A DNA stretch of 63,481 bases, counting the filler, from Octopus bimaculoides (lineage: Eukaryota): the NCBI RefSeq assembly GCF_001194135.2. It is 5 parts of 5 records of this genome, joined end to end, with 100 filler letters (N's around TTAATTAATTAA, not from the genome) between each part and the next. Parts side by side here need not be neighbours in the genome. Positions count along the whole stretch, not along the records: positions 59,127 to 63,481 come from NC_068982.1; 4 more parts are not named here. One strand, 5' to 3'. Of the stretch, positions 63,406 to 63,481 are shown in pieces. The notes beneath the pieces are model-generated. The model searched no databases and was not told where the DNA came from. It saw nothing but the letters and a program-made list of their open reading frames with translations. A program made the translations under genes and the position numbers. Each line of letters opens with the position of its first letter. Position 1 is the stretch's first letter.

Positions 63406-63481
63406 CGTTAAGGCGGCGGACTGGCAGGCTCGTTAGCACGCAGGGCAAACGGCTAAGCAAAATTATTTCGTTCGTCCTTAC

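Overview
This is AT-rich, microsatellite-saturated eukaryotic genomic DNA. It is almost certainly a coleoid cephalopod, probably Octopus; that is inferred from the SINE/LINE families and the (AT)n/(AAT)n/(GAT)n density and was not searched. The only host gene I can firmly support is B9D1 (ciliary transition-zone protein), seen as two spliced + strand exons at 547-658 and 6991-7087. Its 5' exons lie before the window, and I could not find its 3' exons. The rest is intron or intergenic sequence packed with retroelements (tRNA-derived SINEs; RTE, R4/Dong, Tx1, CR1-like and Penelope-like LINE remnants), DNA transposon remnants (mariner, pogo/Tigger, hAT, MULE-like, TTAA MITEs) and simple repeats. 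Four identical N44-TTAATTAATTAA-N44 linkers mark artificial scaffold joins, so adjacency across 12.0, 44.0, 54.6 and 59.0 kb is not guaranteed. The best second-look items are: a minimal hammerhead ribozyme inside a perfect 91-bp Penelope-type hairpin in the B9D1 intron; inverted SINE pairs bracketing both B9D1 exons; a near-perfect RFX X-box at 28731; a possible unannotated minus-strand first exon at about 43.4 kb where CpG content changes; four R4/Dong families anchored on (TAA)n; and a mix-and-match SINE module set. I see no evidence for a wholly new multi-gene system. Nearly all long ORFs in the supplied track are N-run or microsatellite artefacts.
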